A stretch of 63,598 bases of DNA, counting the filler, from Saprolegnia diclina VS20 (taxonomy: Eukaryota): assembly GCF_000281045.1 (NCBI RefSeq). It is 9 parts of 5 records of this genome, joined end to end, with 100 filler letters (N's around TTAATTAATTAA, not from the genome) between each part and the next. Parts side by side here need not be neighbours in the genome. Positions count along the whole stretch, not along the records: positions 59,986 to 61,522 come from NW_008246237.1; positions 61,623 to 63,598 come from NW_008246237.1; 7 more parts are not named here. One strand, 5' to 3'. The notes below the pieces were generated by a model. It did no database searches, was not told where the DNA came from, and saw only the letters and a program-made list of their open reading frames with translations. The translations under genes and the position numbers were made by a program. Below are positions 61,335 to 63,598 of this stretch, in pieces (position 1 is the stretch's first letter; every line of letters starts with the position of its first letter).

Positions 61335-61729
61335 AATACATACCAGTAATCCATATGATTTCATCGTTCCTACCAGCCCACTCCCCTGGACCCTAGTGTC
61401 GCCCATGCACTCGCGACCTTAGTAGCTACTCTTCGGAAGGCACGGAAATGCGAGGTAGTCCATTATCATTTGAGGTCAGTCAAATCAAAAGGAATCGTTA
61501 GCAGGCCGATAACGTGTCCTTTNNNNNNNNNNNNNNNNNNNNNNNNNNNNNNNNNNNNNNNNNNNNTTAATTAATTAANNNNNNNNNNNNNNNNNNNNNN
61601 NNNNNNNNNNNNNNNNNNNNNNAAACGATGAGATCGTAGAGCAGGACGAGGCTGGCGGCGCCAAGACAGACGCGGAGCTGCCACGAGAGGCGAAGCATGC
61701 TTGGCAAACGCAATTGAACACTGACGTTG

Positions 61730-61785
61730 TCTCAACTTCCTGTCCACTCCGTTTCTCAACTTCCTGTCCACTCCAATACACTGTA
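61730..61785 (-). mobile_element. Putative Tc1/mariner terminal repeat with internal direct repeats
   Basis: Reverse strand reads TA-CAGTG...; the 21-mer TCTCAACTTCCTGTCCACTCC occurs twice (61730-61750, 61754-61774). Confidence 0.4.
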
Positions 61786-62697
61786 TGAATTGGTACAGCC
61801 TTAGTCACCCTTTAAGAGTGGGATTCAACATGTCTATAAAACCTGGCTGTCATACATATGTACACTACTCTGGGTTCCACTCGACACGGTGAAAACTCGA
61901 TGCTCAGAATGTGAAGGATGCGGGGCTCGAGAAGGCGAATGCAGTCTTGTGTTGCCTCGTGCGCTGCAGTGGAGTTGGCGCCTTTTGACTTGCACCGGTC
62001 TCGTTCTGTCGCACGATGCCCCTGGATAATTGGCACGCGAAGCACTTGGCAAGTTTATGCTCTGCTCGGGACGTTTGCCGTTGGACACTAGTAGATGGAT
62101 TCCAAAATCAAGTGGAATCCAGGACACTGCTTCGTGTTGGGAGGCCGCCGCTGCCCAAGAAGGGACTGGCGGGTGGGTTAAAATGAGTAGCATTGGTGAG
62201 CGTGCTGCTTGGAGACGACTTCTTTGGAAATGCGCTTGGACCGCAGGTCTTGGACGTTGATAGTTGCTGCCTCGCTAAAACGGGAACCGACGTTCGGGCA
62301 CCGGCTGAAGATGGCGCACGTGCTGTGGACAAAAGCACCGCTTCAAGCGTGCCGCGTGAAACTACTCCTTTCATCGGGAGGTAGCCGCATGACACTCGTG
62401 GGCAAGGACAGCGATCCCGCCAAGTGACTGTCCATGCAACGGGTCTCCGCCAAATCCATTGGTCGGACGACGGCAGCACGAGAGCGTCGGTCAAAGGCTC
62501 CAGGGTCAACACCGCGGCTCGTACTGCAACTTTTCTTCGATATGCTGTCACACCGGACCCTTGGGCGAACCAGAGCGCTGCGCCTCTTTGCGTGAGTAAA
62601 GTTATAGCCAAAGCAATACGACAACATAGACTGTCGTGAGAGGAATGCCACCGACTTGGAAGACATAAAAATCAACTTTTGCATGCGTCATCCAAAG

Positions 62698-63598
62698 CTA
62701 ATGAATGGTCGGCGCTGGCGATGGTTGTGTCATGGCTTCAAACATCAGCGTGTCTTCTTCGTCGACCGTATCCCGCGAGCCCTGGAGTCGACCAAGCATA
62801 ACCGCGACGACGAGGCTCATCACGCCCAGCGCCACCGCCGTGGCCGCCAGCGCATTCGCATCGCGTTGAACCTTGGCGGGAAAGGTCGTGTGGTAGCATA
62901 CATCCGCGGACGTCGAGCTATACTGCGGCTTCATCATGACATAGCGACACGCAGGGCTCAATTCCGGGTAGACCTTCTGACTGCGGTACTGGATGCAGAA
63001 GGGCCCAAGGTTTGCGGCCCACGCGGTCGATTCGCAGTTGTCGTCAATCCAGTCGCCAAGCGCAGACGTCTCGCGCGTCCGTTGGCAGCCGTCGCAGAGC
63101 GTACTCAACGTCGGCTCGACTGTCAACACACTTGACGTCACGTGGCGGCAAAAGTCCGTCAGCGTCGTCGAGTTGGTCATCGGGACGTCAAAGAAGGTTG
63201 TGTTGAGCGAGGCGCTTGCAAGTCGGATGATATTGCCGGACGTGGCGTTGATGAGCCCGAACCGGAGGACGGCGCGCATCGGGAAGCTGTCGCAGTAGAC
63301 GTGGCCGCGCTTGGCGCAGTACGCTTCGTCAAAGCGCTGCTTGAGTGTCATGTCCTTGTCGTCCGTTGACTTGCAGTTGAAGTTATCCGGTTCCGTCCAC
63401 AGGTACACGTTCTGTGGGTAGGCGCCGTCGAACATCATGACTTCCAGAGAGGCACGGTCGAAGGTAGCGCGCTGGAGAAGTGGCTCGACGTCATGAGCGC
63501 TCTCGAAGGCCGTGGCAGCAATGGCCGTGAGAAGCGCGACGTGGAGCAGGCTCAGCCACACGAGCGGCGTCAGCGTCGCCAGCTTGGACGCGCGAAAG
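62698..63598 (-). CDS. Cys-rich membrane protein, 5'-partial
   Basis: Frame open to the window edge; N-terminal hydrophobic stretch, Cys-rich ectodomain with NxS/T sites, C-terminal TM ALAATAVALGVMSLVVAVML. Confidence 0.65.
   Translation of the reverse strand, partial: FRASKLATLTPLVWLSLLHVALLTAIAATAFESAHDVEPLLQRATFDRASLEVMMFDGAYPQNVYLWTEPDNFNCKSTDDKDMTLKQRFDEAYCAKRGHVYCDSFPMRAVLRFGLINATSGNIIRLASASLNTTFFDVPMTNSTTLTDFCRHVTSSVLTVEPTLSTLCDGCQRTRETSALGDWIDDNCESTAWAANLGPFCIQYRSQKVYPELSPACRYVMMKPQYSSTSADVCYHTTFPAKVQRDANALAATAVALGVMSLVVAVMLGRLQGSRDTVDEEDTLMFEAMTQPSPAPTIH

Noticed and set aside
28325..61578. Recurrent TTAATTAATTAA palindrome as a biological repeat or CRISPR-like array
   Set aside because: Always centred in 44+44 N; it is an artificial six-frame-stop contig linker.
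1..63598. rRNA, tRNA, CRISPR arrays or prokaryotic operons
   Set aside because: None seen; the spliceosomal introns and gene content are eukaryotic.

Overview
Eukaryotic draft-genome sequence, most likely a saprolegnialean oomycete (Saprolegnia/Achlya-like). This is an inference from GC-rich coding regions, 42-67 nt GT-AG introns, oomycete INR/FPR promoter motifs and the gene families present. The window is stitched from many contigs: three plain N gaps and eight artificial N44-TTAATTAATTAA-N44 linkers, so adjacency across linkers is uncertain. Contents in order: three LicD/fukutin-family genes alternating with two TMEM198/DUF4203-like genes; a secreted GH5 glucanase with ricin domains; an (E)CTFxP-repeat coiled-coil protein; a PX-START-DUF4833-like fusion; a GNAT acetyltransferase; a multi-pass membrane protein; three ankyrin/TRP-like channel paralogs; a helicase-associated-domain protein; a purple acid phosphatase pseudogene with an M28 peptidase; a HECT E3 ligase; DAD1; a disrupted papain-like protease; a malonyl-CoA-synthetase-like gene; a Cys/HGG-repeat protein; and Helitron and Tc1-like remnants. 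All family calls come from motif recognition by eye, not database searches. The best leads are the TRP-like cluster (extra transmembrane helices, homogenised pore segment), the LicD-DUF4203 cluster (both disrupted LicD copies stop at CTT-TGA-C) and the PX-START-DUF4833 fusion.
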